Origin: Octopus vulgaris
Taxonomy: Eukaryota
Length of the DNA stretch: 64,000 nt
Assembly: GCA_951406725.2 (NCBI GenBank)
Contig: OX597818.1
Span: 143,654,001-143,718,000, forward strand
Direction of reading: 5' to 3'
Positions 12,780-26,949 of the stretch are shown in pieces (within the stretch, counting starts at the first letter, position 1; each line of letters opens with the position of its first letter). The position numbers and the translations under genes were made by a program. Below the pieces are notes generated by a model that made no database searches, was not told the DNA's origin, and saw only the letters and a program-made list of their open reading frames with translations.

Positions 12780-14720
12780 AGCAGTAGTGCAGCACTACTA
12801 TTCGGGAGCAATAACTACACGAGAGCCGAAAAGAAAAACATCTCCAGAATTGCACGAGGTCTCTTATTAATAACCAAAGAGCTGTTCAGGAAGACTTGAC
12901 CATTGGCGAAAAATTTTAAATAATCCCAAAATTTTCTATTCTTATGCAAAAAATGCATAGGACTAATTTTTATCCATCGGCGCCCTGATCGATGAACAGA
13001 ACATCTTCACAATTATGTGAAAAATTGGACAAGATTTTATAGAAGCAATATAGCTGTATCTTCGGTGATTCTGATGCCGTCGACTTAAAGAGTATTAAAG
13101 AAGTAAATCGCCCCCTACCGATATAAGTTTCGGTACTGCAAACGTCATAGAAGCAATTAATAAAACTTGACCCAGTTCAGAAATGGGCCCTGACAGACTC
13201 CTCGTTATTATCCCGAAGAAATGCAGACATCAACTTGCATATGCTCTTGCTAATCTCTGGAAGAATTTACTCGACTTAGATTTTACTTCTGAATATCCCA
13301 ATCTGTCATCTTAGTTTTCAAAAAATGAATTACCGTTTCATTAGCCTCACATATCATTAAAGTATTCGAGAGTAGTGAGATAAAAAAAAAAACTGTCATC
13401 CTAGAGAAAAATCATCTCTTTGATCCCAACCAACATGCTTTTCGTAGTGGCAGAGATTGTCTAACACAGCTCCACCACCACTTTGATGGCATCCTAAAAT
13501 GCTCCGAGGGAGGTCTATAGCACAGATGTCATTTATCTCAACTTCAGTAAAGCTTTCGAAAAAGTCGAACACAGAATTTTGCTGACGAAATTATCCAACA
13601 TCAGAGTCTGGGGTAATGTATTACAGTGGATTAAATGTTTCCTGGCATGCTGTCATTGATGGAATTTACCCAAAACTAGCAAAAGGCATTAGTGTGTTCC
13701 CCTAGAGTACTGTGTCAGGCCACTTCTGTTTATTATTTAAATAAATGACATTGGAAATGCCATCGAACACAGTAAAATATAAATCTTCGCAGATGATTCT
13801 AAGCTCCTAAAGTTATCAAGGGACACCGAATAGAACACCAGTCTGATCTCTACGCTGTGATTCGATGGGAAAAAAATGCTACTAAACGAGGTAAAATTCG
13901 AGCTCATCCGCTTTGGAAAAGAGAATATATTTATACAGCCGTATTCTCTTCCCTCGGGTGAGCTCCACGTTACACCAAATAACATAAGAGATTTAGATGG
14001 AACTGGGTAAAACAACCGAAGCTGGAGTGCGCATATCTTTATATATAAAAGTAAAGTTGTGTGCTGTCTGTCTCCTACGATTTAGATTCCTAACTACTCC
14101 CACATTTTGCGGTGCAGTTTAACCAAAACCGGGTATCTTATAGTCGTGATTCATATCGAGCCCTTATGGGTATTAGAGCGCGTCTACGATGAGTCTACGA
14201 TTAAAAAAAATTACCATCAATTTTCCCCATTTTTAATGCATTTTTGGCATATATAAGGGAAGTAACTCTCTAAAAATTTATTATTAAATCTCAGAACGTA
14301 AAAAGCTACAGTAACCCCCCTTTGTGGTTAGCCATATTGAGATGGCTATTATACTTTACATCTCTAAAAATGCTTATATAGTTATTTCCCTTACAAACCC
14401 GAGCAACGCCGGGCGATACTGCTAGTCAACTATAAAATCAATATGACCAGCAGGATGTGCTCATGGCTCCTTAGAAGTTTCCAGGTTAGAGATCCTGATA
14501 CCGTTGTTCTTCTTTACGTTTGCTTGGTCTCTCCTTGAATATTGCTGCCCGCTATGTTCTCCGTACACAAAACAAAACATCATTACAATTCCAGTATCCA
14601 GTAAGAATAAATAAATGACATGCCAGGGCTTGCGACCACCTCAAAAAGCTCAGACTTATTCTCTTCAACACCACCGTGAGCGCTACATTATATACAATGT
14701 GGAAAATATTCCAAAATTGT
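12780..14720 (+). pseudogene. Decayed CR1/L2/Jockey-group LINE reverse transcriptase, interrupted by a Helitron
   Basis: Manual translation across frameshifts gives GPD, QH.FRSGRDCLTQL, DVIYLNFSKAFEKVEH, a degenerate GVPQG..GPLLF, IFADDSKL and SWSAHIN...RMCSWLLRSF. Confidence 0.85.
14036..14425 (+). mobile_element. Non-autonomous Helitron (390 bp)
   Basis: 5' TC (tctttatatataaaag), 3' CTAG, subterminal hairpin cccgagcaacgccggg (14398-14413). Inserted between A and T with no TSD. Removing it restores the LINE frame S-A-H-I-N. Confidence 0.9.
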
Positions 14721-15155
14721 ACAAAAACATATGAAGACGAAGTGAAAGAACAACAAATGCGATGTATTAGTTTAACGCTTAGGAAAAATGGAAGACGTGT
14801 TTAACGTTTCGAGCCTATGCTCTTCTAGAGAGAAAAAATGGAGGTAAACGTGTCTGAATTAACGATTACTTTATTTTTAACCTACCGAAAGAGAATGGAA
14901 TTGGCTGGATGCCTGGGTGGCAAGGGAGAGAACAGTTACTCGACAAAGGTGTGTATGTGTGTGCATGCGTGTGTGAAGATAATGTGTGCGTGTCTGTGTG
15001 TATGAGCGAGTGATTGTTTATGTGTGTGTGTGTGTGGGCAAGCATGTGTGTGAGTATAAAGATTAAATGCGTGTGTATATGTGTGAAGCAATGTGTGCAT
15101 GTGTACTCCGTGTATCTATGCGCGTGTGCGTGTGCATGGATACGTGTATGTGTGT

Positions 15156-15202
<47 letters not shown>

Positions 15203-15364
15203 TGATTGTCTGAGGCTACCTAACGGATGGGTGTATGAAATATTTTTTTTATTTCATAGGGTAATGAATTTATCCTTTATCTTTTGCTTGTATCAGTCAT
15301 TGAGCAGTTGTTATGCTGGGGTCACCACCTAGAAAGGGTTTAACCGAACAAATCGCCACCAGTA

Positions 15365-15596
15365 TGGCGAGCTGGCAGAAACGTTAGCACGCCTGGCGAA
15401 ATGCCTAGCCGTATTTCGTCTGCCGTTACGTTCTGAGTTCAAATTCCGCCGAGGCCGACTTTGCCTTTCATCCTTTCGGGGTCGATTAAATAAGTACCAG
15501 TTACGCAATGGGGTCGATGTAATCGACTTAGTCCCTTTGTCTGTCCTTGTTTGTTCTCTCTATGTTTAGCCCCCTGTAGGCAATAAAGAAATAAGT
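15365..15596 (+). mobile_element. Family A SINE, well-conserved copy
   Basis: Full head, core and tail (tgtttagccccctgtaggcaataaagaaataag). Confidence 0.9.
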
Positions 15597-15599
15597 ATT

Positions 15600-15960
15600 T
15601 TACTCTCTACAGTCTTGTATTGATTCTATCAGAATCTGTTGACCGAACCAACAAGTTATGGGCATATAAACAAACCAACACCGGTTGTCAAGCGGTGGTG
15701 GGAGTAGTAATGGTGGGACAAACACAAACATCAGGACACTCACCCACGCACACTCACACTAACACACATACACACGCATACGCGCGCATACACACTTATA
15801 CGATGGGCTTCCACGCAGTTTCTGTCTACGAAATTTACTCACAAGTCTTCGGTCGGCCTAGCCCTATAGTAGAAGACACTTGCTTAAGGTGCCATGCACT
15901 TAGACTGAACCCGGAACCACGTAGTTGCGAAGCGATCTTATTAACCACACAGGCCATGCG
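15600..15960 (-). mobile_element. SINE family B copy (degenerate)
   Basis: Reverse-complement similarity to 397-820 (gaacccggaaccac, tagtagaagacacttgc, tgtcaagcggtggtggg). Further partial copies near 36665-36820, 39600-39785 and 57090-57240. Confidence 0.7.
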
Positions 15961-17382
15961 TTCGGATCCTGTGCACGTCAAACTTTGCATGCGGTATTTA
16001 ATTAGGTATTTTTTTTTTTTTACATTCCATGTTCAAATCTCACAGAAGTCAACTTTTTATACTATTCTTCCGGGGTTGCAAAATAAAGTACAAGTCAGGT
16101 ACTAGGATCGATATAACCCGCTTCTCATTCTTCTAAAACTAAACTTATTCTTAAAAAAAAATCATTTATGCTCAGTCACCGAAATGCTTTTATTTAAACC
16201 GCTCCCCGAAATAAGTGTAACAACCACCATTATTTATGCCACTCGATCTGCTGGAAACAGCAGCCAAATTTCCTTTAAACCACTCCCCACTGCTTTACAA
16301 AAAGGAAGGATATATTGAGTTATCTGTAAAAAATAAAATGGGATGGTCACTACAGGAACGTCTTTGATAGTAGATACGTATGGTCAAGATTGACCTGGGG
16401 CTCAAATACAACATCACCACCAAAAGCCCCGTCACCCCTACCGCCACAAACACCACTACGGTAAACTCCACAACCGCATGTACGATCTAACAATTCCCGC
16501 CATTTTTCACTACCGCCATGGCTACTACCATCGCCACCACCAACACTACCATCAGAACCATCACTACCACACCTTCACTATCACCTTTTCTACCACCACA
16601 AATCCTACCCCTACCAGTGTTACTACCATCAGCATGGCTAACATTATCAAAACAGAGCCGTTATCACTACAACCACTACTATCACAACAGACACTACAAC
16701 TACCATCAGCACTACAAGAGGCACCCCACCTCATACTACTGCTACTACAACTACTTCTAACACTACAATACAATGACTACCACCACGCCATCTAAAACAA
16801 CTTTTTTACCTATAGCAACAATAACAGCATCAAGAACCACAACAGCATTTCTCTAAGTTATAACAAAATTTTCTCCGACATCTTTCAGTTGAAATCAAAA
16901 ATGGATGGATTTCTTTGATAATTAACTTTAAGGTCGACTGAGGTGGGGAAGGTGCAGAGGTAGGGGAAGAAATAGATGTCGGTAGGGATAGATTGATACA
17001 TAGATGTGTGGATGGAGACTGGAGAGGAGAAATGGGTGGAGAGTGGGAAATAGAGAGAAGGAGAGAGAACGAGAGAGCACGCGTGAGGTGAGTGAGGGGA
17101 GAGTATGTGTGAAAGAGTGGGGGTGAAAGTGTGTAGGGAAAAGAGAAGTGTTGATATGTATGAGAGGGTGGGTGAGTGTCTACAAGAGAGAGAGAGAGAG
17201 AAGTGTAAGAGGGAGGGAGGAGTGTGTATGTGTGAGAAAGAGAGAGAGTGTATGTGAGACAGACAGACTGACAGAAAGTCAAAGAGTGAGACAAAGACGG
17301 AAAGATGAACAGACAGACAGGGAAAGAGAGAGAGAGAGAGAGAGAAGAGAGAGTGAGTGAGTGAGTGAGTGAGTGAGTGAGT

Positions 17383-17416
<34 letters not shown>

Positions 17417-17593
17417 GACAGGGAAACAGAATGAGAGAAAAAAATAGGGAGGGACAGAAAAAAAAAACAGATATGCCGGCAGTAACAGGGATAGAAAGAC
17501 AAGGACTGTGTGTTTATGTGAGTAAATGAGTGATTGAGAGGAAGGGAGAGGGGGAGAGAGAGATAGACAGAGAGTCAGAGTGTCAAATAGACA

Positions 17594-17631
<38 letters not shown>

Positions 17632-17717
17632 GGATTAGAAAGACAGAGACTGCTGACAGGGTGGTAGACAGAGGAGTAGACAGTCAGACAGATAGTAATA
17701 TATATAGACAGAAAGAG

Positions 17718-17797
17718 AGCGAGAGAGAGAGGAGCGAGAGAGAGGAGCGAGAGAGAGGAGCGAGAGAGAGGAGCGAGAGAGAGGAGCGAGAGAGAGG
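17718..17797. repeat. 13-bp minisatellite (gagagagaggagc)n
   Basis: About 6 tandem units. Confidence 0.85.
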
Positions 17798-17944
17798 AGG
17801 GATTGAGAGAGGGAGGATGAGAGAGGGAGAGAGAAAGAGGAGGAATGGTGAAGTGTGGATGCATATATGAAATTCCACCTAGAAATTCGTTCATCGATGC
17901 CGTCTTGGAAAGTATGGAATTAATTCAGTCATTTGCTCTTAGTT

Positions 17945-18021
<77 letters not shown>

Positions 18022-18722
18022 CAACAACAACAATAACTTGAGCTGCCACACCCATTCCCCTAGACTTCCACAACCCCGTAACACATTTTCCCCCACATCT
18101 CTGTACGCCACACCTTAGTCCAATCACCATTGAATGTCTTTCGATATAGTTACGAAGATGAAAGCCTTGGAAAACATGCTTCCTTGAAATGGTAAGAACA
18201 AAATTATCTTCCTTTCACCGGGCCTTTATCCTTCGCACTTGCAATTAGAATGAACGAGGAAAAAGTGTTGGGAAGTGAGAAAGTGAAGTCGATAGCTAGC
18301 AAGCTATATGGAGAGAGGTAGGCATATGGTTGAGAAGGCGAGCGGAGACAGAGAGAAAAAGTAGATTGACAGGTGTGTGTGTGTGTGTGTTTGCGTGTGT
18401 GTGTTTGCGCGCGCGCGCATCTATGTATGTATGTATATGATCTTTAAGCTAGGTGAAATGTTTGTGACGTATATATATATATGTATATGTATGAATATAT
18501 ATATATATATGTGTGTGTGTGTGGTGTGTATGTGTGTGTATGTGCGTGTGTATATGTGTGTTTATATATATGTGTGTGTATGTGTGTACAGACAGAGTGA
18601 CAGACAGACGGATAGATAGACAGATAGATATATCGATAATTATACACTTACATAGACATGCATATGCAGACATACGCATATACATTCACATACCTACATA
18701 CACGTCAGAGAGAGAGAGAAAG

Positions 18723-18771
<49 letters not shown>

Positions 18772-20540
18772 GAAATAGGTCGAAAGACGAAAGTGAGGAG
18801 GAAACAGAGAGGCTGAAAAGCAGATCGCAATGGAAGGAAGTGTGTCGCGTCTAAAAATGCTATTTTGTTTCCCCACTTCCCTCTCCCTTCTTCATTATAA
18901 ACAATTAGATCTGAGCTTTCCACTCATCAAATGGTCGCAATAATAATTCTGCATCTTTTCAAGAGGGAAAGAGAGGGGAAAATGCCTTTCGTCGTTGTTT
19001 GTAATCAATTTCTTTGGACTAAATTTGTGTAAAGCAAAAATCTGCGAATCAAAAGTATAAACATAAGTTGAATATTACATAAATGACAGCTTTTGAAGGG
19101 AACGGAGCGGATGGAAGGGAATGCTAGCAAGAAAGCAGAGAAGAGGTGGAGAAAAAAAAGAGAATAGATAAATATATAAAATAAATAAAACTAAATGAGG
19201 GGAAAGGGGGAAGATAATTAGAAATCTGAGAAAAAAGGAATAGCATGATAGAGATGTAGAGTGATAAAAAAAAATGTGTGGTAGGCAAGAGAGGGGAGAA
19301 ATATGTTGCTAGATGTGTGTGTGTATGTATGTCTGTGTGTGTTTATAAATATAGGGACAGACACAAAAAATAATAACAAAGAGAGATGGAAGGATTCCAG
19401 AATGCTTAAAAATAGAAATAAAGTGATAGGCTTATGAAGAGAAGATTGAAGGGAACATAAAGGATGATAAAAAGAAGGAAAGGCGAAAGCGAAAGTGAAA
19501 GTGAAAATGGAAGTTAAAGTGAACGGGGGACAAAAAGGGAGAGAGAGAGAGATGAAAGAGTGATGTAGAACGGTAAATTAAATGGAAATATAGAAAGAAA
19601 TTTTTAAAATGGCAAAAGATAAAAAAACTTTGACCAGTCTAGTGAAGTGACTGAGATAATTTCTTTTCTAAAACTTTTTCAAAGGAATAAATATCTCTTT
19701 TGAATATATACACTATCGTAATATATTTCTTACGGAGAAATTAACGCTGACCGAAATCAAATGGGGAAATGGGGTGGGGGGTGGATGTCGGTATATCTAT
19801 CCGTCTGTCTGTCTCTGAATTTCTACTCTATCGCTCTCTCTCTCTCTCTCTCTTCTCACTCATCTCTCCCTCTTTCCCTCTTTTCTCCCCTCTTTGTCTC
19901 CTCCCCACCCGACAACCTGTCATAACCACTCTATCTTTAGGTTTCATTGACGTTACGTTTCGTAATAAAAATTTCGTCTCAACATTAATCGTTCTCTCTC
20001 TTCCTCTCTCTCCTATCTCTTCCCTTCTCTCTCTCTCTCTCTTCTCTCTCTCTCCCTCATGTTGTACACTGTCTTAATTTTCTCTGTCTTTCCTACTCTT
20101 TCTGTATGTTTGCGTGCGGAAGGCATTTCGGTTTGGTTCTCCAACCCTTCCTCACCCGGCTTCCTTTCTACTCAGTTTCTAATGTACTCTCTGTCTCTGT
20201 ATCTCTTTCTTTCCCTCGTTCCTCGCCTTCTCTCTCTCTCTCCCTCTCACTTTCTCTCTCTCTCTCTCTCCTACTTTCACTTGGCCATAAACCTCTGCAG
20301 CACATTTACAGACAGGCTAAATGATGCTCTGTGATGATGCAATAGGTAAAAGTTCTGAACATATGCCTTGGGAGAGAATGACACTGATAAAACTGCACCA
20401 CCACCACCACCACCACCACAACCACCACTGCCAACAACAACAGCAGCAACAACCACAACAACAGCAATAATTTAACATCAATCTAACTACAACAATACGA
20501 AGACAAGTGCAAGATCATTATTGTCTTTATCATTACTGAT

Positions 20541-20778
<238 letters not shown>

Positions 20779-20974
20779 GGCGGTGGTGGTTGTGGTGGTG
20801 GTAAAGCTCGTGTTGGAAGGTGTTGGTGTCAATAGATAGTGTTGTAGTAGGAGCAGACAGTAAGCAGTGGGTGCAGCGTGTAATGTGCAGTAGAAGTAGA
20901 GGGTAAACATAAGGTGTGCCGCGTGGGATCAATACGGTGTGTAAACAGTGGAAGCAGTAGGCCATAGGAAGGGT

Positions 20975-21094
20975 ACACACACACACACACACACATTCAT
21001 GCATACATGCATACATACATACACATACATACATACACACATATATACATACACACATACATACATACACACATATATACATACACACATACAT

Positions 21095-21131
<37 letters not shown>

Positions 21132-21139
21132 TACATACA

Positions 21140-21173
<34 letters not shown>

Positions 21174-21314
21174 CATACATACATACATATATACATACAT
21201 ACATACACACATGCATGCATACATGCATACATACATATATACATGCATACATACATATATACATACATACATACATACATATAGTGAAAGAGAGTGGAGG
21301 AGAAGGGAGGGTGA

Positions 21315-21350
<36 letters not shown>

Positions 21351-21414
21351 AGGAAAGAAAGAAAGAATGAAAGAAAGAAAGAAAGGATGAAAGAAAGAAA
21401 GAAAGAAAGAATGA

Positions 21415-21485
<71 letters not shown>

Positions 21486-21490
21486 GATGA

Positions 21491-21542
<52 letters not shown>

Positions 21543-21543
21543 A
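20975..21543. repeat. (CATA)n followed by (GAAA)n microsatellites
   Basis: Seen directly. Explains the 373-aa spurious ORF. Confidence 0.95.
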
Positions 21544-22244
21544 GCTGTACAAACAAACAGTAATGGCTTAAATTGCTAAATGAACATAAAGGAAATGATT
21601 GCATGGAACCGACATTAAAACGAAAAAAATGATATTAGAAAAGCAGAGGAATAGGAAGGATGCGGAAGGGTGGGAGTGGGAGAGGATGCAGTGTATAGAG
21701 GGAGGGAAATGGTAGGAGAATGTCAGGTCAGACACGCGACATCACATCAAGCATTGCCTTTGACATTATAGGCGAGACACAGTTGCATGTCGGGAAATCG
21801 AAAGTAGAACGTAGCAGACGACATTTTAAAGTTGGTCTTTCAAGAGAGGAGGAAGAGGGAAGTAGTTTCCGTCCCATTGATATTCAGAAAAGCCTTAAGT
21901 TTTCTTCAACAAATTCTTAAGATTATTTAAAATGAATTAAAGAAGGATGTAACAAGAAGGGACGACAAAAGTAAAATGAGAAAGAAAAAGCTAAAATCCA
22001 GAGGGGAAAAATATGGTTTTAAAAAGTTAAAGAATGTAAAATATAGATCAAACATTCAAAGGAACAAAAAAGGTGAAGAAAGAATAACAATATGAGAAAG
22101 GTAAGGAATAGAAAAGAAATACTATAGCTATGGAAGTTGGATTTGTAACACTAAATCCTTTGAAAATTTATATAACGATAAAATTCTTTAGAAATTTGTT
22201 GAATAAAAAGGTCAGAATTCTTTTTCTTTTCTTTGTTCTTTATT

Positions 22245-22367
<123 letters not shown>

Positions 22368-23279
22368 GATACATACATACATTATTTTCCAAAAACTGGA
22401 CGGATTTGAGATATGTGACCTTTAAAAGTTTCAACATCGACTCACAAGATATGCGAATAAATATTCACCTCTCGGCTTAGTATTGTGAATTCGTAGCCTC
22501 CATATGTGAGTTAAAAGAAGGACGGTAGTAACACATAGGTAACGGACAGAATATTTTTGATCATAGGCCTATATGACCAGGGTTGATTTGCGGCTAAACA
22601 ATAACAATGGAAACGAATCGAGTCAGGGAGGATAAATGTTTCGAGTTCCTAAAATTGCTCAACAAAAATCATATCTCTTCCAACAAATTCTATTAAGTTA
22701 TGGCTGCTTGTTTATGTTTTCAAACTGAGGGTAGTATGACCCCACAATAAAGACTAAATAGTCACATTTTAAGACATAAGAAGGTTTCATTAAGCCATAG
22801 ATTCTTTTCAGAACTATCTAAAAATGCCTGAACATAATAGCGATGCCATGACTAAAGAAGCTGTAGTAACATGAAAATTTACAATAAAAATTAATTTACT
22901 TTCTATCATTGGTATATGGCCACACATTTTAGGGGAAGAAACAACCAGCCTATCAAATAAACCGAATACTTGGCTTGAACCTATTTTATCGATCATGAAA
23001 AAATTCGAGACAAAATCGAATCTAGTGGTAATTAAACTCAGAGCATAACTGGATGTAATTAAATATCGTATTGTATTCGACGAGTTCCCAATTCTGTCAT
23101 TTACCTCACTTTGCGAGACAAAACATTGATTTTAGCACTAACACATTCAGAAGCTTAGGTGGTGGGTACAATCGATTGAACTAATTTCAGTATATTTCGA
23201 GTCTGCAATCCACTTCGCTTTACGAAGAAATACTCAAAAGTTTTTTTCTATACCTTCCTACCTACTTCCTTGATTTATT

Positions 23280-26200
23280 ATTACCATAACTCCCTAATAT
23301 CAACGCACGAACTTTATATTTATTTTCTTGAAAAAAGGTTTGAACGCTCAAGCACGCAGAATTTTTACGTGACAGATCGGTTCCAGAAGCACTCCACCGA
23401 CAAACACAGAAGTGAGGAATATGCCTGGGATGGAGAGTTGTCAGGGTAAAAACTGCAAACATACTACTGGAAGTAGATTTCTGGTGAGTGGCGGATTGTG
23501 TTACGCTGGAGGAGTCTAGCACACTGTTAAAAATGAAAAGATTTCGAAAGAAAAAAAATGAGTTGGAATGGGGATGTAGATCCGGAGTCACTGGACAGAA
23601 CTCCAACTTAAAAGAAATGCCAGCAATTGCAGTCAGTAGGGACGAGTGGAAGGCCTAGATGCCACAATTTTGACAACACCAATCACCACGAGGTCTTCTT
23701 ACTCCAGCAACAACAGAAAATGACGGCAGATAGAAATCCTTCACTACTACCAACACAAATAAACAAAGCCAACAGCAGCATCAACAAAAGCTTGCAACCG
23801 CAGCAACAGTAGACGTAGTGCCAGCTGCAGAAATGGAAGCAACACCTACAGCAACAACAACTCTAACAGTGTAAGCAACAGCAACAGAAGCAATAAAGAA
23901 CTACCGCTCTCAAAGACTGTCACATCACTGACAACAACACAACAGCAACAGAAAACCCGATAGAAACTGAAAAAAAAAAAGGAAACAGAACAAAACCTCA
24001 CAAACTCCTTAAGAAATACCTCAGCCCGCTTCGACCCATACAGATATGCATGACAGAGGTGATGAGGAGAACTCTAAATGAGAAATAGTGTCCAATAGAG
24101 AGAAAAGTAAAGAACATTATCCTAACAAACACGCTGGGAGATTTGAACGAACGTGAGAGATGCAATTAAACAGTGATAAACTAACGTCAGCCCAAACAAC
24201 AAATACTATCAACACCATCATCACAACCATCACCACCAACTAAAACAACAAACACATTACAAAAACAAGCACAATTTAAATCAGATCCGCACCAACAGCC
24301 AGAGCATCACTCGCAATACTAACAGAGAAATATCTAAACGGTTATACATTGAAGCAGAACAGAAATTAAGAACTACATACATCGACATACAAATATCAGA
24401 CTGGAAAACTACGCCACAACAACAAATAGTATAATAACTCAACACAAAACAGATATAACCTTTAAAAAAACAAATGTTCCAACGGAATAGAGGATTTCTG
24501 AAGGAATGTCAACAGTCTTATTTGTAGAAACACCCAGACGGTACAGAGATCCTTCCACAAGAATAAATAAAGTGGCCCTTCTCACTTTCTTTTGTCTAAC
24601 ATTGCCTTATATAGAATAAGCAGTGGGAATGCACGTGGACTTAGAGCACCTTAGAAGCAAGAGGAGCGGCTCAACGACAACTACGGGCTGTAGGAATATG
24701 CAAGCAAGTTGCGAGTGAGAGTCGGCGCTGCTGTGTTATTTTTGGAAAAGTCTGGATAATCTTCCTTGACTAAGATGGTACTGGACGTGACCTGCAGCGA
24801 TGGTTTATACCTTAATACTAGTAGATTTTTACTTCCTAACAGAGGTGGGGCAGGTAGATTTCTTCGGATTTCTGGACGTCATTTTAGAAACTTCCCGCTC
24901 TTTAATGATAGTGGATTATTGGAATGTACACTTGAACTGAATATACACTTGAACGCACACCTGAATTGTCTGAGGTACAAAAGTCTCAAAAACCTACTCA
25001 AACGTTTCCGACTACCTGACAGTTACTGAGTGGATTTCTCGAATGTGTCAATGTGAACATGGACAAACTACATCAGGCCATCCAGATTGTATCTAGATAG
25101 AATATTCTGGAGGACAACTGAAAGGGATAACGTAGCATATCCACAATTCAAAGTGATCAGCTATACAGATCATACACTTGTAATCTGTACGGTCAACCAG
25201 GATCGGTTTCATTCGCAGTGACCCGGTACTGGAAGTTGAATCCATCCTTCCTGGCGGGCCAAACGTAAAGAGACCAGATTAGCGAATTACAATAGCAGGT
25301 GTTGACGCGGATAATCGTCATCAAAAATAATGGTTCGCCTTGAAAAGGATGATTAGAATAAAAATGATAGGTTTTAGTGGTGATAATTTTTAGTAGCAAT
25401 AGAAAAGACTAAACTAGAGAGGTAACCTACGTAGAAATCTAGAAGTGGCGCTCAGAAAATGCATGACGATTGACATGTTTGCAGTAAGATAGACCTTTGA
25501 CTACTTCAACGGGAAGGTTGTCAGTGCTAAAGCACATGCTCTGAGACACGGGGGAACGAAAGTTGTTTGATTAGCTTGAGTAGTGGAGGCGCAATATATC
25601 AATAAATCTACAATTCGATCTTTGGTGGTTCATGATGAACATGTACTACTCGATTCCAAGCATATGAATGCACTTTTTCAGCAGAAATTGAGTCGGTTGT
25701 TCGAGATGAACGGCAGATCGGATTGCAGGAGGGAGTTCAGCGCCAACCTCGATGGCCCGCTGCGACTGTAGCAATAGACGTGGAATATTACGAAAGATCG
25801 TAACAGCCTCTAAAATATAGGAAAGGATGGCCAGCTTGATCTTCCCAGTAAACTTTAAGCATATATGTCATTCTTGTTCGGTGTGACATATGTCTATCGC
25901 AACTACCTGCAAAACGAGAGAAATCAGTCTCTGTGAGACGAGATGCGATGATGTTTCTGAAAAAGTACAATCGAGTGCCACATCGATTATTTTCGGCCCA
26001 CATAGTTTGTTCCCTTGGTTTTATGAAAGAGGCACGTTCCATTAGTTTAGACGGATTATCTGCCGTCAACATCCGCATCATGGAGAGCTGAACATAACGT
26101 AGTTAATGATGTGCAGACATGCCCTGAAATTACATCTCCAATGATTCATTGCACATTTATGGTCGCCAATTGTCTGCTGCGTTTTTTCCACTGCTCGTCT

Positions 26201-26900
26201 CTTTGACAAAGCTGAAATTCTTGATCAAGTAAAGACAGAGGCAGTACGCTTGGTATCTAGAATATCGTCAGACACACACAACCCTTCTTCAGTTGAGAAA
26301 TAGGTCGGCAGAAACTCTACATTTGTGTTCTATTGAAAATTAGTGGCGGACAAAAGTGACAACATTATTAGGAAAAATCTGGGTATTCACAAAAATTAAC
26401 TGGATGGTCTGTTCTGGAAGTTGTTCTGCCTGAGGTCCATGAATAATTTGTAGAAATTTCTGGCTTGGCTTTGCTACCGTTGAGCATTACCAATTCAAGA
26501 TGACCTCTACAGGCGCGAAAGTGCTGCCAGATGGCGTCTTCGAGATGCGCAGAGAGACAAAACCGTTTTTCACTTACTCGTCCAGTAATCGAGCATTGAT
26601 GACTTGTGGAGTTATGTTGCACACCTGATCCGGTTATCACCTGAGTCTGGCGTGAAAGGGTAGGCATTTTAATTTGTTCGGTGGTCATGGCGAAAGAGGC
26701 TGTGACGTGGACAAAATTGAAAGAGTAGAAGACCGACACTTTCTTCGACCTAGCCCACTTCACTTTTCCAAGTTGCGTTTGAAAAGGAAACTGAGGGTAG
26801 AGAGGTAAGTGCTGCTTTCCAGCAAATTCGTTGAAAAGATGGATGACAGTGGAGAACACGGTCTGAGTAAATGGGCTCGACTGAGCACGCGTTCTTAGAA
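23280..26900 (+). mobile_element. Highly decayed L1/Tx1-like LINE
   Basis: Degenerate gag-knuckle-like GRPRCHNFDNTNH (~23645), A/C-rich ORF1-like segment, traces of ORF2, and 3' homology (26690-26850) with the LINE end at 5360-5520. Boundaries are uncertain. Confidence 0.45.
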
Positions 26901-26949
26901 TTAGAGAAGAACAATTTAGAGATGGTGTTTGTCTCAGCGATCAGGGTGA

